Positions 38,011 through 52,383 of a stretch of 64,000 nucleotides of DNA are shown in pieces. The notes below the pieces were generated by a model. It did no database searches and had not been told where the DNA came from. It saw only the letters and a program-made list of their open reading frames with translations. The number at the start of each line of letters is the position of its first letter. The first letter of the stretch is position 1. The position numbers and the translations under genes were made by a program. Source of the DNA: Octopus vulgaris (Eukaryota); contig OX597826.1 of assembly GCA_951406725.2 (NCBI GenBank), positions 70,246,001 to 70,310,000 of the forward strand. Reading direction: 5' to 3'.

Positions 38011-38979
38011 AGCAAAATGCACACACAGGCATTCTATGATGATGATGATGAATATAATTGCCGGTGGTGGTGGTGGTGGTGGTGGTGGTGGTGGTGATGA
38101 TGATGATGATGATGGTGGGACAGGTGGTGCTGGGAAAGTTAATAAAGGTGGTGATGAAGTTGAAGACAGATGTTGGGGTGGTCATGGCAATTGATAATGG
38201 TGGTGGTGGTGGTGGTGGTGGTGGAGGTGGTGGTTGTGGTGGTGGTGGTGATAACATTCGTCTTTGGCTTAGCTAATTGTGTTAGGATGATGATGATGAT
38301 GGCGATGACAATGATGATGATGATGATAGCGATGACTATGATGGCAATGATGATGATGATGATGATGGCGATGACAATGATGATGATGATGATGATGGCA
38401 ATGATGGTGATAATGATGATGATGATGATGAGGATAGTGACAGTGGTGATGGTGATGGTGACGATGACGTTGGTGGTTAACCGCAATCTGCCACACCTGT
38501 GGCAAAAGATGGAACCATGGTCATCCTGTCATTTGCATTCAAACATAGTGTATCTAGGACTATATTACATAATGTGTCTATGCATGTGTGCTTTTATTTT
38601 TTTATTTTTTTAAGACCATTGAGTGTGATTTGAAGGAGATTCAGCTGCTGTTTTTAACAGGTCGAATGACTCCACAACAACTCCCTTTGTTGACTCGAGT
38701 ACTTTTGGCATTATTGGTGGTGGCAGTGGGTGGGTGGGGTGGGGGAATGACAAAGAGGGGGACAGTGATGGTGGAGGTGGCTTAAGTGTGATGATGTGAT
38801 AATCATTATGATGGTGATGATGATGATGATGGCGGTAGGTAGTGGTGATGGTGGTGGTGGTGATGGTGGTATGATGGCAATGATGATTATTACAAGGATA
38901 ACGATGATGATGACGATGATGACAACAAGGATGATGATGATGATGATGATGGAAGATGATGATGATGATGATGATAATG

Positions 38980-39470
38980 ATGATGCTGATGATGATGATG
39001 ATGATGGTGAAGATGATGATATTGGTGATGATAATGTGATGATGCTGATGATGATGATGATGATGGTGAAGATGATGATATTGGTGATGATAATGTGATG
39101 ATGCTGATGATGATGATGATGATGGTGAAGATGATGATATTGGTGATGATAATGTGATGATGCTGATGATGATGATGATGATGGTGAAGATGATGATATT
39201 GGTGATGATAATGTGATGATGCTGATGATGATGATGATGATGGTGAAGATGATGATATTGGTGATGATAATGTGATGATGCTGATGATGATGATGATGAT
39301 GGTGAAGATGATGATATTGGTGATGATAATGTGATGATGCTGATGATGATGATGATGATGGTGAAGATGATGATATTGGTGATGATAATGATGATGATGC
39401 TGATGATGATGATGATGATGGTGAAGATGATGATATTGGTGATGATAATGTGATGATGCTGATGATGATG
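38980..39470. repeat. 59-bp minisatellite built from (GAT)n, 8 copies
   Basis: ggtgaag recurs at 39006, 39065, 39124, 39183, 39242, 39301, 39360 and 39420. Confidence 0.9.
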
Positions 39471-39730
39471 ATGGTGGTGGTGGTGGTGGTGGTGGTGGTG
39501 GTGGTGGTGGTGATGATGGTGATGATAGCACCAACAATTGCAATGTTGATGATAACGATGCCTGATTGCTTGATTCATTCAATTAATTTCATCTCGGGGT
39601 TTTTTTTCTTTTTTAATTTTATTTCGTTTTTGCTAACCAAACTCTTGTAATGTTTGAAAGAATACAAAAACAGGGGAACAACGACAACCAACCAACCAAA
39701 AGGAAAAAAAAAGGAATGAATCATCGTCAC

Positions 39731-39771
<41 letters not shown>

Positions 39772-40088
39772 GTGCTGATCATTAGGGAAACGATAATTAT
39801 GGTGATAGTCATGCTATCATATCGAAAAATATACAACCCCAATATGATGAAGATGAGGGTGGCGGCAGCGATAGTGCTCGTGGTGGTGGCGGTGGTGGTG
39901 GTGGTGGTGGTGGTGGTGGTGGTGGTGGTAGCAGCAGTAGTGTCTTTAGGGGGTTTTTACTGATTTCGTTGCAAAAAAAAGGGGCTACGGATTTGTAAGG
40001 GAGTAAGGGAGGGGATGTCTAATCAATTGACTCAAGCCCCAGGAGGAATGAAAGACAAGCGTTGGTTGGGTGTTTTCACTGTGCCTCC

Positions 40089-40128
<40 letters not shown>

Positions 40129-40274
40129 ACACCACGCACTTCACCAGAAGAAGAACTGAACTCTTTCGATTAATTCAACAGGTCTACCAGTGGTTTGCAA
40201 TGATGAACGGACCAATCTGTGGCACCCTTTTACGGCTTGGTGTACTGGGCCATTTCAGAACGAAGTAGATATAG

Positions 40275-41218
40275 ACATGGGCATAGCTGTGTGGTTAAGA
40301 AGCTCACTTTGAAATTACATGGCTTTGGGTTCAATCCCACTCCATGGTACCTTAGACAAGTCTCTTCTAGTACAGCCCAGGGCCAAGCAATGCCTTGTGA
40401 GTGAATTTTTGTTGGAAACTGTGTGGAAGCCTGACTTAGTCTTTGCACCCATGGTTGTCACCCACCCCCAACTGCTTGGCAACCACTTGGTTTGTTTACA
40501 TCGCTATAACTTAGCAGTTCAGCAATAGAGACTGATGGAAGCAGTGCCAGAGTTAATAATAACTACTGAGGTTGATTTGTTTGACTAAAAATGCTTAAAG
40601 GCAGTGCTCCAGCATGGTCTGTCTCTGTACGGCACTGCATGTCAGTCAAGTCCATCACAATGTCAAGCTCCTAGCTACTGCTGGGATTCCTTTTTACCTG
40701 AATTGCAAAATTCCTCATCTCTTAAATATAGAACTGAAGAGACCTCATTGTTTCTTACAATACATACCAAGACATACATCTTGAAGAAAAATTTATTCAG
40801 GAACCCTCACTCTTTTACTTGTTTCAGTCATTTGACTGTGGCCATGCTGGAGCACCGCCTTTTAGTCGAGCAAATCGACCCCCAGGACTTATTCTTTGTA
40901 AGCCTAGTACTTATTCTATCGGTCTCTTTTGCCAAACCGCTAAGTTACGGGGACCTAAACACACCAGCATCGGTTGTCAAGCGATGTTGGTGGGGACAAA
41001 CACAGACACATAAACATATACACACACACGTACATATATATGTATACATATATATACGACGGGCTTCTTTCAGTTTCCGTCTACCAAGTCCACTCACGAG
41101 GCTTTGGTCGACCCAAGCTATAGTAGAAGACACTTGCCCAAAGTGCCACACAGTGGGACTGAACTCAGAACCATGTGGTTCATAAGCAAGCTACTTACCA
41201 CACAGCCACTCTTACGCC
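40275..41218. mobile_element. Two family A SINEs in inverted orientation (+ diverged 40275-40620; - full length 40810-41218)
   Basis: Head, core and tail motifs on opposite strands. Confidence 0.75.
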
Positions 41219-41931
41219 TATTTACTATTTTGTTATGTGGACACCCCAAAATCTTATAAGGAGTTGCGAACCACTCCTATTAATTAATCATCTGTGCAGA
41301 TTGTTTCGCAAGAAATCGCAGAATGCACATCTGTCTTCTAAAAAGAGGACAGTCCATGATGTGTGCGTGCGTGATTGTGTGTGTGTGTGTGTATGTGTGT
41401 GTGTGTGTGTGTGTTTCTTGTCTTGACATTACATGATTGTTGTAAATGAATGTCGTTCATTTCCGATGTTCTGCAAAAACATGTCTGGCCAGTGGGGAAA
41501 TAGCACCTTGCTCGGAAATAGGCGAGTGTTGATATCCATCCGTTGAAAAATCTGTCTCAATAAACTCACTCCGACACATGCAAGCATGGAATGGTGGAAG
41601 TTAAAACAAAAGTGGTGGTCGTGGTCGTCATGGCGGTGGCAGCGGCAGCAGCATCGCAGTTGTGGTAGCAGTAGAGATGGTAGTGGTGATGGTGGCAAAG
41701 ATGATGATGATGATTAAAATGTATTCTTAGTTTACAAACAGGTTAGAAAATATAGAATAAATAGAAATTGTACGATCTCTTTGAATAAGAAGATTGGTTC
41801 AAATAATGTATGAATGTATATGTGAGTGTATGTATATATATGTCTGTATGTATGTAAATAGATATATATCATATATATATATGCATTTTTATACGTGTAT
41901 ATGTGTGTGTGTACATAATATATATATACAA

Positions 41932-41974
<43 letters not shown>

Positions 41975-41984
41975 AAATATACTG

Positions 41985-42180
41985 TGCAGGTGGCACGTAA
42001 AAAGCACCCACTTACACTCACGGAGTGGTTGGCGTTAGGAAGGGCATCCAGCTGTAGAAACATTGCCAGATTAGACTGGAGCCTGGTGCAGCCTTCTGGC
42101 TTCCCAGAACCCCGGTCGAACCGTCCAACCCATGCTAGCATGGAGAACGGACGTTAAACGACGATGATGATGATGATGAT
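41985..42180 (+). mobile_element. Family C RTE 3' UTR copy
   Basis: ggtggcacgtaaaaagcaccc...ggacgttaaacgacgatgatgat. Confidence 0.8.
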
Positions 42181-42206
42181 ACATATATATATATGTAAAT
42201 ACATAC

Positions 42207-42243
<37 letters not shown>

Positions 42244-43031
42244 TATATAGATATATATACATAGATATACATTTACCTACATATACATATATGTATGTAT
42301 GTATGTATACATACATATGCACTCATGCATGTGTGTGTAAAGGTGGAGATAGATACCTGTTGGCAAGTTTCTAAAAATTAAGAAACCGTATCTTTAGCTT
42401 TAAATACATCAGTAACTAAGACACGCTTACATACACACACGTTCTTGCAAACAAACCCTAGTGTATATATATATATATATATATATAATTGTATCTTTAA
42501 GACAAAGTTGTATACAATTAATTACACTCAAACTTGTTAAGAATACACACACACACTCTCACACACACACACCTGCACTTGCACGCATGTACACACACAC
42601 ATAGATACACACAGGCACACACAGCTACAAATACACGAACCTAAATTCGTACATAGTAATTACATGTACATTCATACAATCGTATACACATATACATACT
42701 CATACACACACTCACTTTTGAACATATATACTCACACACACATATACATACTCTCACTTTCATACAATTATAGACACACACACATATATATACATATATA
42801 TTTGTATATATGCAATTATACATACTTACACACACACACACACACACATGCACATATACACACATATGCACATAGAATCGTAATGATCTCTATACTCCCA
42901 TTTCGCATTCGTACAATTATATACACCCATATATGCATACATTAACACAGTGTATGCACACCTGTATACACACATTCAAACAACTAGAACAAACCATTTC
43001 TAACAAATTGTTGTGTATGTATGTATGTATG

Positions 43032-43065
<34 letters not shown>

Positions 43066-43639
43066 TGTATGTATGTGTATGTATGTATGTATGTGGATGT
43101 ATGTATATGTATGTATCTAAGCATAGGTATGTGTGTGTATGTACGTGTATGAATGTATGAATATTATGCATGTATGGATGTATGCATATGTTTGTATGTA
43201 AGTGGATGTATGTATATGTAGATATCTAAGTACCTGTATGTGAATGTGTATGAATGTGAATATATATTTTGCATGTATAACTGTGTACGTATGTATGTAT
43301 GCAATGTATGCCGGTATATGTGTACATAGATTTCTATGTAGTTTTTTTTTTTTATATGAAAGTATGATTTTTTTTTTCGGTCAAAAAACAGAAAAAAAAA
43401 ATGTATGTAATTGTTGGTTTGTTTTTGCTCGAGGGCAAATTCTGGCTGGTGTTTATAAGAAGTATTCCTTCCAACAACATGAACAAAGAACAAAGAATGT
43501 CATCAACAATCAACAAATGAACCAAAAGACTCACACACACACACTTGTACATGAATACACAAGCATATGTGCACATACACACATATACACAGCAATTAAC
43601 CAATTCACAATAGTGACAGCAAAACCATTGTATCACAGT

Positions 43640-44211
43640 TTTTGTATGTATATATATATGTATATGTATATATATGTATGTATATGTTTATATGTATATA
43701 TATGTATATGCTTCTATGTATATATATGTATGTATGTATATGTTTATATGTATATATATGTATGTATATGTTTATATGTATATATATGTATGTATATATT
43801 TATATGTATATATATGTATGTATATATTTATATGTATATATATGTATGTATATGTTTATATGTATATATATGTATGTATATATTTATATGTATATATATG
43901 TATGTATATATGTATATGTATATATATGTATGTATATGTTTATATGTATATATATGTATATATTTATATGTATATATATGTATGTATATGTTTATATGTA
44001 TATATATGTATGTATATATTTATATGTATATATATGTATGTATATATTTATATGTATATATATGTATGTATATGTTTATATGTATATATATGTATGTATA
44101 TATTTATATGTATATATATGTATATATTTATATGTATATATATGTATGTATATATTTATATATATATGTCTATATATATATATATATATATGTATGTTTG
44201 TATGTATGTAT

Positions 44212-44271
<60 letters not shown>

Positions 44272-44285
44272 ATATATACATATAT
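43640..44285. repeat. TA/TATG satellite with a 28-bp higher-order unit
   Basis: tatatgtatatatatgtatgtatat(a/g)tt repeated. Confidence 0.9.
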
Positions 44286-45053
44286 ATAATTTGGCAATAG
44301 CTGAAAAGATAAAAATTTGGCTCTTGCATCCTGATTTTGTTTTATTCTTCTTTAGTGTTATTTACACACACACACACACACACACACGTGAGCTCGCACA
44401 TATATATACAAAATTAACATCATGTTCAACAACACGGAAGACACGATAAAAACTATGTAATTATTAGTTTAATGTTCAATGCAAAATCAAGAAGTTCCCC
44501 CTGATATTTTGAGCTTAAGCTCTCCTTCAAAAAGATAGTGCTTATATAAGTAAGCACATATAAAAGAAATGTGTTTGTGTCTATGTGTACCTTTGTATAT
44601 ATATCGACGTGTGCGATTCTATGAATGTATGTGTGAGTGTATATATATTTCATCATCATTGTCATTTTATTCAGCTTCAATGCTGGCCTGGGTTGGACAG
44701 TGACAAAATCCAACGAATCATAGGACTTCATTAAGTGCCAATGTCTGCCTTTGTATGATTTATGCAGCTAAATGCCCTTCCTCATGCCAACTACTTTACA
44801 AAATGTACTGAATTTTTTTTTGTGTGTCTGTGGCATTAGTGTGGTTGCTAGGTTACTTCAATTGAGTAGGAGTGTGGTAGGGATGGAAGTGGCTTTGTGT
44901 CTGACATTGAGAAGCTAAAGTATGATGAAGCTTAAGGTTTCTGGCTGCAGAGGAGATACATGACCACCCCATATCATATAAGGGTGGGTGAGCATAACAG
45001 GAAAGAGAGATAAAGACAGTGGCAATAAGATGATGACTAGCAATATGCAGTAG

Positions 45054-45446
45054 TCTCTCTATATATAAAGCTGAAGTTGTCTGTGTGTGGCAGGTTTGGT
45101 AGTCTTCAACTAACACTATCTCCTCCGAGACCCTGCGGCGCAAGTTGACCAAAATTGAGAATATGATAGGAGAAGGCTTGCTCTTCATTCCGTAGAAGAT
45201 AAAATTCAAATCGGACCATGTTAACACCAAAAATTATTTACATCAAAAAGGTACTTTTTTTTCTATGAAAATCCCCATTTTTTACGATTTTTTTACAGCT
45301 GTGTCGCCATTTTTCGGTGTATTTCAACCAGAAAAATGTTCACCTAAAGAGAATAACAAGCTACATAATGCAAAATTTTTACTTTTCAAAAATTCCAACT
45401 CTAAAGGGTCGAAGCAAACCCGAGCAACGCCGGGCGATATTGCTAG
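45054..45446 (+). mobile_element. Non-autonomous Helitron, copy 1
   Basis: 5' TCTCTCTATATATAAAG; 3' hairpin cccgagcaacgccggg followed by CTAG|T; near-identical to 48032-48427. Confidence 0.8.
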
Positions 45447-46430
45447 TTTTAGGATAATTTTGAAGTGTAAGGTAAACCTTATAAGCATGTGTTTTTCATA
45501 AACACATAATTTCCAGCCATGTCTTCCACCATAGAAATTCCCTTATCAAAGCCATCAACCTGAAGAAGGCTACCCACAATGCTTTCACCACTTTGACCAC
45601 CTATTGACCCACATTATTTCTCATGTTTGCTATCATCACCTTTCCATTTCTTTGCCTCCTGTACTGTGGCAGAGGTCAGAGGTGTATATCATGGTTTTTA
45701 GTCTGTGATTCAGCTGACTCTTTGGTTTTGAAACTACAGCAGTGTCATAACTTTTACCATCTTCAATTGAGAGAATTCCTCCTGATCAGTCCAGAAAAGA
45801 GAACATTATACTTTATTGGATGCAAGAGAATGTGAGAGAAGATTTAGACCACTGGGCACCGTGATTCTATGGGACATCAGTGCTATCTTCAGCAGTTGGG
45901 TGTCTACCATTAACAAGGCCAGAGAAGGCTGAAACCACATGATCTGGTAGTCTCAACTCTGGCAGTGGTGCATTATTTTTCTATCACTAGCAATATAAAC
46001 AAGAGTGCTTATATGCACCAAAAGATTATACGAACAGTTCTCTCCAAGTAATTATTGCAGTATCCTGTATTCTAACACAACATCCATTTTTAAGTGGGGA
46101 TAAATATTACTTTTACTCTTTGTCCTCTCTCAGATTAGCTCCTATGGCAAAGAACTGCTGTTTAGTCTTATTAAAATTTGCCACCTATATTTTTTGTTTT
46201 CTTTTGTTGTGACTGTGATAGATCAAAATATCCTGTTTCTTCAGTTTGTATTAAAGTAATGTTCTCTTTGACACGGCGACTGTTTGAACAGGCGATAGTA
46301 TTTGACTTGATGTATTATGTGTTGTTGGTATTCCTGTTGTTGTCATGGTTCTTACTATCTTCAAAACTACTTATTTGTGTGTCTGAGATATTTTTCTTAT
46401 TTATAGTAAGATGCAGGTCTTACTATTTAT

Positions 46431-46833
46431 AGGCGTAGGAGTGGCTGTGTGGTAAGTAGCTTGCTTACCAACCACATGGTTCTGGGTTCAGTCCCACTGC
46501 GGGGCACCTTGGGCAAGTGTCTCCTACTATAGCCTCGGGCTGACCAAAGCCTTGTGAGTGGATTTGGTAGACGGAAACTGAAAGAAGCCCATCGTATATA
46601 TGTATATGCATATGTCTGTGTGTCTGTGTTTGTACCCCCAACATCGCTTGACAACCAATGCTGGTGTGTTTACATCCCTGTAACTTAGCGGTTCGGCAAA
46701 AAGGCACCGATAGAATAAGTACTAGGCTTACGAAGAATAAGTCATGGGGTCGATTTGCTCGACTAAAAGGTGGTGCTCCTCGCATGGCCATAGTCAAATG
46801 ACTGAAACAAGTAAAAGAGAGTAAAAGAGTAAA
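46431..46833 (+). mobile_element. SINE family A, full length
   Basis: Complete head and tail with a (gtaaaaga)n end. Confidence 0.85.
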
Positions 46834-48031
46834 GACAGAGTTCACTAAACTCTTCATTTTCTCTCACTTTTGCTGTGTTTTCATTTTGTGTTGGTCTTTT
46901 TTTTTTTCTTTTATTACCATTTTAGTATTCATTCTTGTGACATGTGTATTTGGCAATCATTTTAGATAAGAAAATGTAATTGTGTGTTAATCAAATTTGG
47001 AACCTTTGTAAAACGAGCCCCCTCCTTTTTTTTTATATATATATATTCCTTTCCATTTTCGTGGGCATCAAGGACAGATTTTCCTTTGTTATTTGTAGTT
47101 CCTTTCACAAGTCCTCCGCAAAAAAAAATCTCATTTCATAATGCTTGAATGAATTGTGTCTGAAATAGAGAAAAATGATGTCTTCACACTACAAAATTCA
47201 AATACAACAACAACAACTCCAGGTTGAGAAAAATATGAATATTCAGTTTTAAAGCATTCATGGGCATGCATGAGATCACACCAAGCAACATTAATTAAAA
47301 TGTTATAATGCCTTAATTAACGAGATAGTTATAATGCTATAAATCCTGAAACACCAAAGGCATCATGGAGTATCACGTTGAAATTTTAATGAAACTTCTT
47401 ATAATAATTCTTAACGAGAAGGTTGGGTTCTTATTTGGTTTTAGAATGCTCAGAGATGATGTTAGATGGTTCTGGTGATGCTGTAGCAAGTATATGTTGG
47501 TTTTGCAAGATTTTGAAAGTTCTCTTTGGTTGAATAAATTTTTTAAGAAAAACTCGTTAACATCAGTGACAGGTAGAAAGCAGTCATGCAATTTGCAATG
47601 TGTGATTGGCACAGAAATCACTATTTCGGAATTTTGGGGGTACTGGGAAGGACATCCAGCTGTAGAAAATATGCCAAAGGAGACACTGAAGCGTGATGGC
47701 TCCAAAAGGATGAAAAGTAAACTTGAACTCACAATGAAAAAACAACCAGAATGATTACTATAAAGCAACCTGACACAATAACTTTGCTGATAGGATTTAT
47801 AAATTTCTAAAATAGAGAAACTAAAAAAAACTATTAAATTTGAATGGCAGAGAATAATCTAAGCTTTTGTTGGGCTTACGAAGAGTCTAGGGCTTCATCT
47901 CCCATTTCAACTGATGGGGTCTGGGATATTATTCGTTAGCAGGACTCATAATTTAATAACTCTCAAAACTCCTTTTAAAATTGATCAAACAGATTAAAAC
48001 ACACTACAGCATACTTTACCATTGATTCTAA

Positions 48032-48427
48032 TCTCTCTATATATAAAGCTGAAGTTGTCTGTGTGTGTGTGGCAGGTTTGGGAGCCTTCAACTAACACTA
48101 TCTCCTTTGAGACCCTGCAGCGCAAGTTGGCCAAAATTGAGAGTATGATAGAAGGCTTACTCTTCCTTCCGTAGAAGAAAAAAATTCAAATTGGACCATG
48201 TTAACACCAAAAATTATTTACATCAAAAAGGGGCTTTTTTTTCTATGAAAATCCCTATTTTTTTACGATTTTTTGACTGCTGTGTTGCCATTTTTCGGTG
48301 TATTCCAACCAGAAAAATGTTCACTTAAAGAGAATTACAAGCTACATAATGCAAAAATTTCACTTTACAAAAATTCCAATTCTAAAGGGTCGAAACAAAC
48401 CCGAGCAACACTGGGCGATACTGCTAG
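48032..48427 (+). mobile_element. Non-autonomous Helitron, copy 2
   Basis: A|TC...cccgagcaacactggg...CTAG|T: insertion between A and T with no TSD. Confidence 0.8.
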
Positions 48428-48589
48428 TTTCTGTTATTTCAGTGTTAGAAAATGTACCATGCAGTGTTTTTTTTTTTTATTGACTTACAAACAATAGTAG
48501 TATTGATAAAAATCTTCCTGATATTGGCTTGAAATTTCAAGCTTAATAATTCATGTGGCTAGTGATCATCAACATCAAGATCCCTTAAC

Positions 48590-49300
48590 TGATACAGCCA
48601 GTGATTGGGGTGCCACTCTAGATGCTTTCACAGTCACCCACTGCCACTGGTCTCTGTTCTGTGTCACACAAAAGTAGGTCCACTACGTTGTGACCAGTTC
48701 AGTCTTTAACTTTGATATTGTCAAACCAGCATTTTCTCTCTCTGCCTCTCCTTTGCCCTCCCTCAACTATGCCCTGAAGAATGGTTTTGGACAAGAAGTT
48801 GTAGTGGGATACATGAACGTACCAGGCAAGATTTTGCCTTTTTCCTTGTACAAGGAGTGTTTCCTTTCAGATCACGCAATCGTTTTTACATCACTAATTG
48901 CAAATAGGATTACTCTCAATGCCCATGAAGAGTTCCATTTCATGTTTCAATTCTTCGAACCCCTATAGATTACATCTAACGCCTTCTTAGCCAGTCGACC
49001 TGTCAACGGTATAATAAATCACCATATTTCCACTTTGATGACTTCCAAAATTACTTCTGATTTTCTGTAGTTCTGTCTTTTATTTCTTCATGAAATTAAT
49101 GCATTTGGTTGATGCTTTCATCACATTCTTCAATCTCAGAGAAAGTGGTCATAAATTTTGCTGGTGAATAAGACAACGACACAGTATCAAGGTATTAGAA
49201 CCCAGTTGATGGTTGTCCAATTCCTTCTTGAATAAAGCAGCAAGTCTTTTATTGAGATCTGACCATAAATGGCACACTGTCTGTTACTATATTGCTAAGT
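48590..49300 (-). mobile_element. Decayed RTE-clade LINE ORF 3' end
   Basis: Minus strand translates LSKTILQGIVEGGQRRGRERKCWFDNIK and TQNRDQWQ, typical of the RTE C-terminus; stop codons present. Confidence 0.75.
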
Positions 49301-50392
49301 TTTTTCATAAGATAAATTAAAATCATTTGTGGCTCATCTGAGTTCAGATAAAATAAATATAAAACAGATATCATTTTTGAAGTAAAATATCTCCAGGTTT
49401 GAAATGCCTTGGCACAGAGGTTTTGGTGCTGCCGGTTTGGAATCGGTGATTCGATGCAGACTTACTATTTCTCATCAGATATTTCTCATCAAATTGCAAT
49501 GTCTCTATTTCTCTATCCATCAAGTTATCTATCTGCCTATATATAAATATATATGTGTGTATATGATAAAATAAATATAAGAGAGTGGTCACTATATTGA
49601 TCACTCTAGCACCAGTTAATCCAAAAGGTTTCAACCACGAAAATACATGTTTCCCATGAAAGCCAGAACGACTGTTAGCTCACACGGACAGGGCAAATAA
49701 AAATAACAAAAATACAGATTATTTTGGGACAATTGTTTCGCTATTAATGAATTAAATGTAATATTACTTACAATAATCCATTTGTAGCTCGTCAGCCAAG
49801 ACTATCTGGATGAAATCCACTCAATCACACGCCAGATTTTACCATAACGATAAATACGCGTGTGGTTCAATTGATTACATCCGACGTTATAATTCGGAGA
49901 GTATGTGTGTATATGTATATTTCTGTTTGCATTCATGCACACTTGTGTGTGTCTGTGTGTGTGTGTGCTGAAATGTACTGTTGCCAGAGCAGGTTCAATG
50001 TCCAGTCGGTCATGCCAGATCACCATCATGCCAACAGTTGTACCCAATCGTTTCATTTCATAAATTTCGTTTAGTAAAGTTTGCTGTTTATCTCACATCC
50101 AAATATGGCCATCTCTGTCATATTAACTGTATCTGTTGTCATATCTACAGCCATCAAATAAAATAAATGCTGATGCTGCTTCTTTGGATGCTTGCATATC
50201 ATAATCTGTCTTGTATACGATTAGAGTCTGTCCTTCATGATAAACCAATAATCTCAAAAAAATGTGCATTCTTTCATTCTCTTCCTAATCTCATCTCTTT
50301 TCTCTCTCTTTCTCTGCCTCTCTCTCTCTCTCTGCCTCTCTCTTTCTCTGCCTATCTCTCTCTCTCTCCATACCCCTCTCTCTTTCTGTGCT

Positions 50393-50429
<37 letters not shown>

Positions 50430-50467
50430 GCTTCCCTCTTTCTCTCTCTCTCTCTCTCTATGCCTCC

Positions 50468-50503
<36 letters not shown>

Positions 50504-50519
50504 CACACAAGGCCACAAT

Positions 50520-50830
50520 ACAATCTCTCGAACCAGCTGTTTTTTTGCTACTGTTCTGGTCCCTAATTCCAGCTTCTCCACCCTTCCCATTTCCTTTCTT
50601 TATCAATGGTCCTTCACCATGTCGTTTTGGGGGCACCCTGCTACTCTTTTTTTCCTCAGGCTGCCACCTTAGGGCCACCATAGAATTGATTTCTCAATCC
50701 TGTCTGAGAACATGTCCGATTCCAGTTCCAGTGTTTGCATCCTGTTGATGCCCGATGTCATCTCAGTTGTGTCATCTCAGACTCTTTGCAGCCACCTGAT
50801 GACAAATATTCTCCTTAAACATTCTTTTGG
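50520..50830 (-). mobile_element. Decayed RTE-type LINE ORF 3' fragment
   Basis: Minus strand: CLRRIFVIRW...KHWNW/IGHVLR...VALRWQPEEKKSSRVPPK, with frameshifts. Confidence 0.7.
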
Positions 50831-51859
50831 GGCCTAAAATTTGTTTTTATGTGGTTTTGCTTTCCTTGTGTTTACCTCTCAATCCTTAATATGTTTGGCG
50901 GGTACAGACATTATTCCGTTAATGTTGCCTTTTGAAAACCGATTCCTCTTTGCAAGAAGATCGTTTCAATAATGCTTCCTCGACCAAACACAAACCCTTT
51001 CAGGGTTTCCAGTTCTCTTATTTTATTTATTCCGTATGATTGGTCAAACAGTGACATTTTAGTCTTGTACTTTATAATAAATTACAACCAAATCATTACA
51101 AACAAAGCAGACACACACACACACACAGAATTACCATTTATTTCTAAAGGAAAATAATTTACTGTCCGTTTTTCATCGATCAAAATTTTTTCCAGTTACT
51201 CTATTTTTTCCCTACGACTTTTTATTCTTTTTTTAAAAATTTTTTTTTTAACCTTTTATTAGCACCAGCCTTTGTAGGAAGGGTTATTTTTTTTTTTTTA
51301 TGAACTTTATAATATTGATTTAAAATATTTAATAAAAATAAGCAAACGAAGCGTAAAGGTTGTCAGCATTCAACATTACTGCACTTAATTTTGTTACATC
51401 ACCGACACCAACATTTCAACCTAGACCAAACTTCCAATTTTCACCATCTATTCAACACCAGTAACAATACCTAATAAGACAGAGCAAACAACCGCAAGTG
51501 AGGTTTATTTAGGAATAACAGAATAAAGACTAAAAGCTAATTGAATGTAAATAATTTGTACGTATTCCAACTTATGATTAATATCATGAGACAAAATCTA
51601 TTGTAGTTAAGACTATTTGTTTCCGTCTTGTGGGTTGTATTAAATCTCTGTTTTCTTGTTAGTCTTTTTAAGGTCTTAATATTTTGTTTAGTCTCTGTTT
51701 CGAATTGGTTATTAAGACTTCATAGCTGCGAGGTGGCTGAATGGTTTTAAGATGTTCATTTCACACTCATATGGTCCTGGGTTCAATCCCATTGCGTGCT
51801 GGTCCGGATTAAGACCCACACAGACCCTAAGTACCCAAAAGAGATTTTGGTGTCTCCAT

Positions 51860-51992
51860 ATCATCATCATCATCATTTAGCGTCCACTTTCCATGCTAGC
51901 ATGGGTTGGACGGTTCAACTGGGGTCTGTGAAGCCAAAAGGCTGCATCAGGCCCAGTCTGATCTGGCAGTGTTTCTACGGCTGGATGCCCTT
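51860..51992 (-). mobile_element. Family C RTE 3' UTR fragment
   Basis: (cat)n-ttagcgtccactttccatgctagcatggg...ctggatgccc. Confidence 0.75.
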
Positions 51993-52074
51993 CAAAACAA
52001 TCATAAACCATAAAATAAATTATTTTTCAAAATGAAACAAAATTAGCAGTAAGATGGGAAACGTTTATTTTTTG

Positions 52075-52383
52075 TATGTTGTTTGTTCCTTCTTGAGCCA
52101 CACCTGGTGCATATGGGCCGGTTTCCCGGTTTCCTTGGCGTGTAGGTTCCCCACCTGGATGAGACGCCAGTCCGTCGCAGGTGAGCTGCAAGATGCAGGA
52201 GGAAAGAGTGAGAGAAAATTTGTGGCGCAAGAGTCAGCAGAAGTTCGCCATTACCTTCTGTCAGAGCCGCATGGAGCTTAAGTGTTTCACTCATAAACAC
52301 AAACATCACCCGGTCTGAGATTCGAACCCGCAATCCCTCGACCACAAGTCCACTGCTCTAACCACTAGGCCATGTGCCTCCAC
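52075..52383 (-). mobile_element. tRNA-headed SINE related to family D
   Basis: Minus-strand head gtggaggcacatggcctagtggttagagc...gggttcgaatctc; tail ccggtttcccggtttcc shared with 34345-34596. Confidence 0.7.

Noticed and set aside
38610-39582. His/Ile/Ser-rich ORFs of 322 and 230 aa
   Set aside because: (GAT)n-derived 59-bp minisatellite; the unit is not a multiple of 3, so frames cycle.
43244-44449. 401-aa ORF
   Set aside because: TA/TATG satellite.
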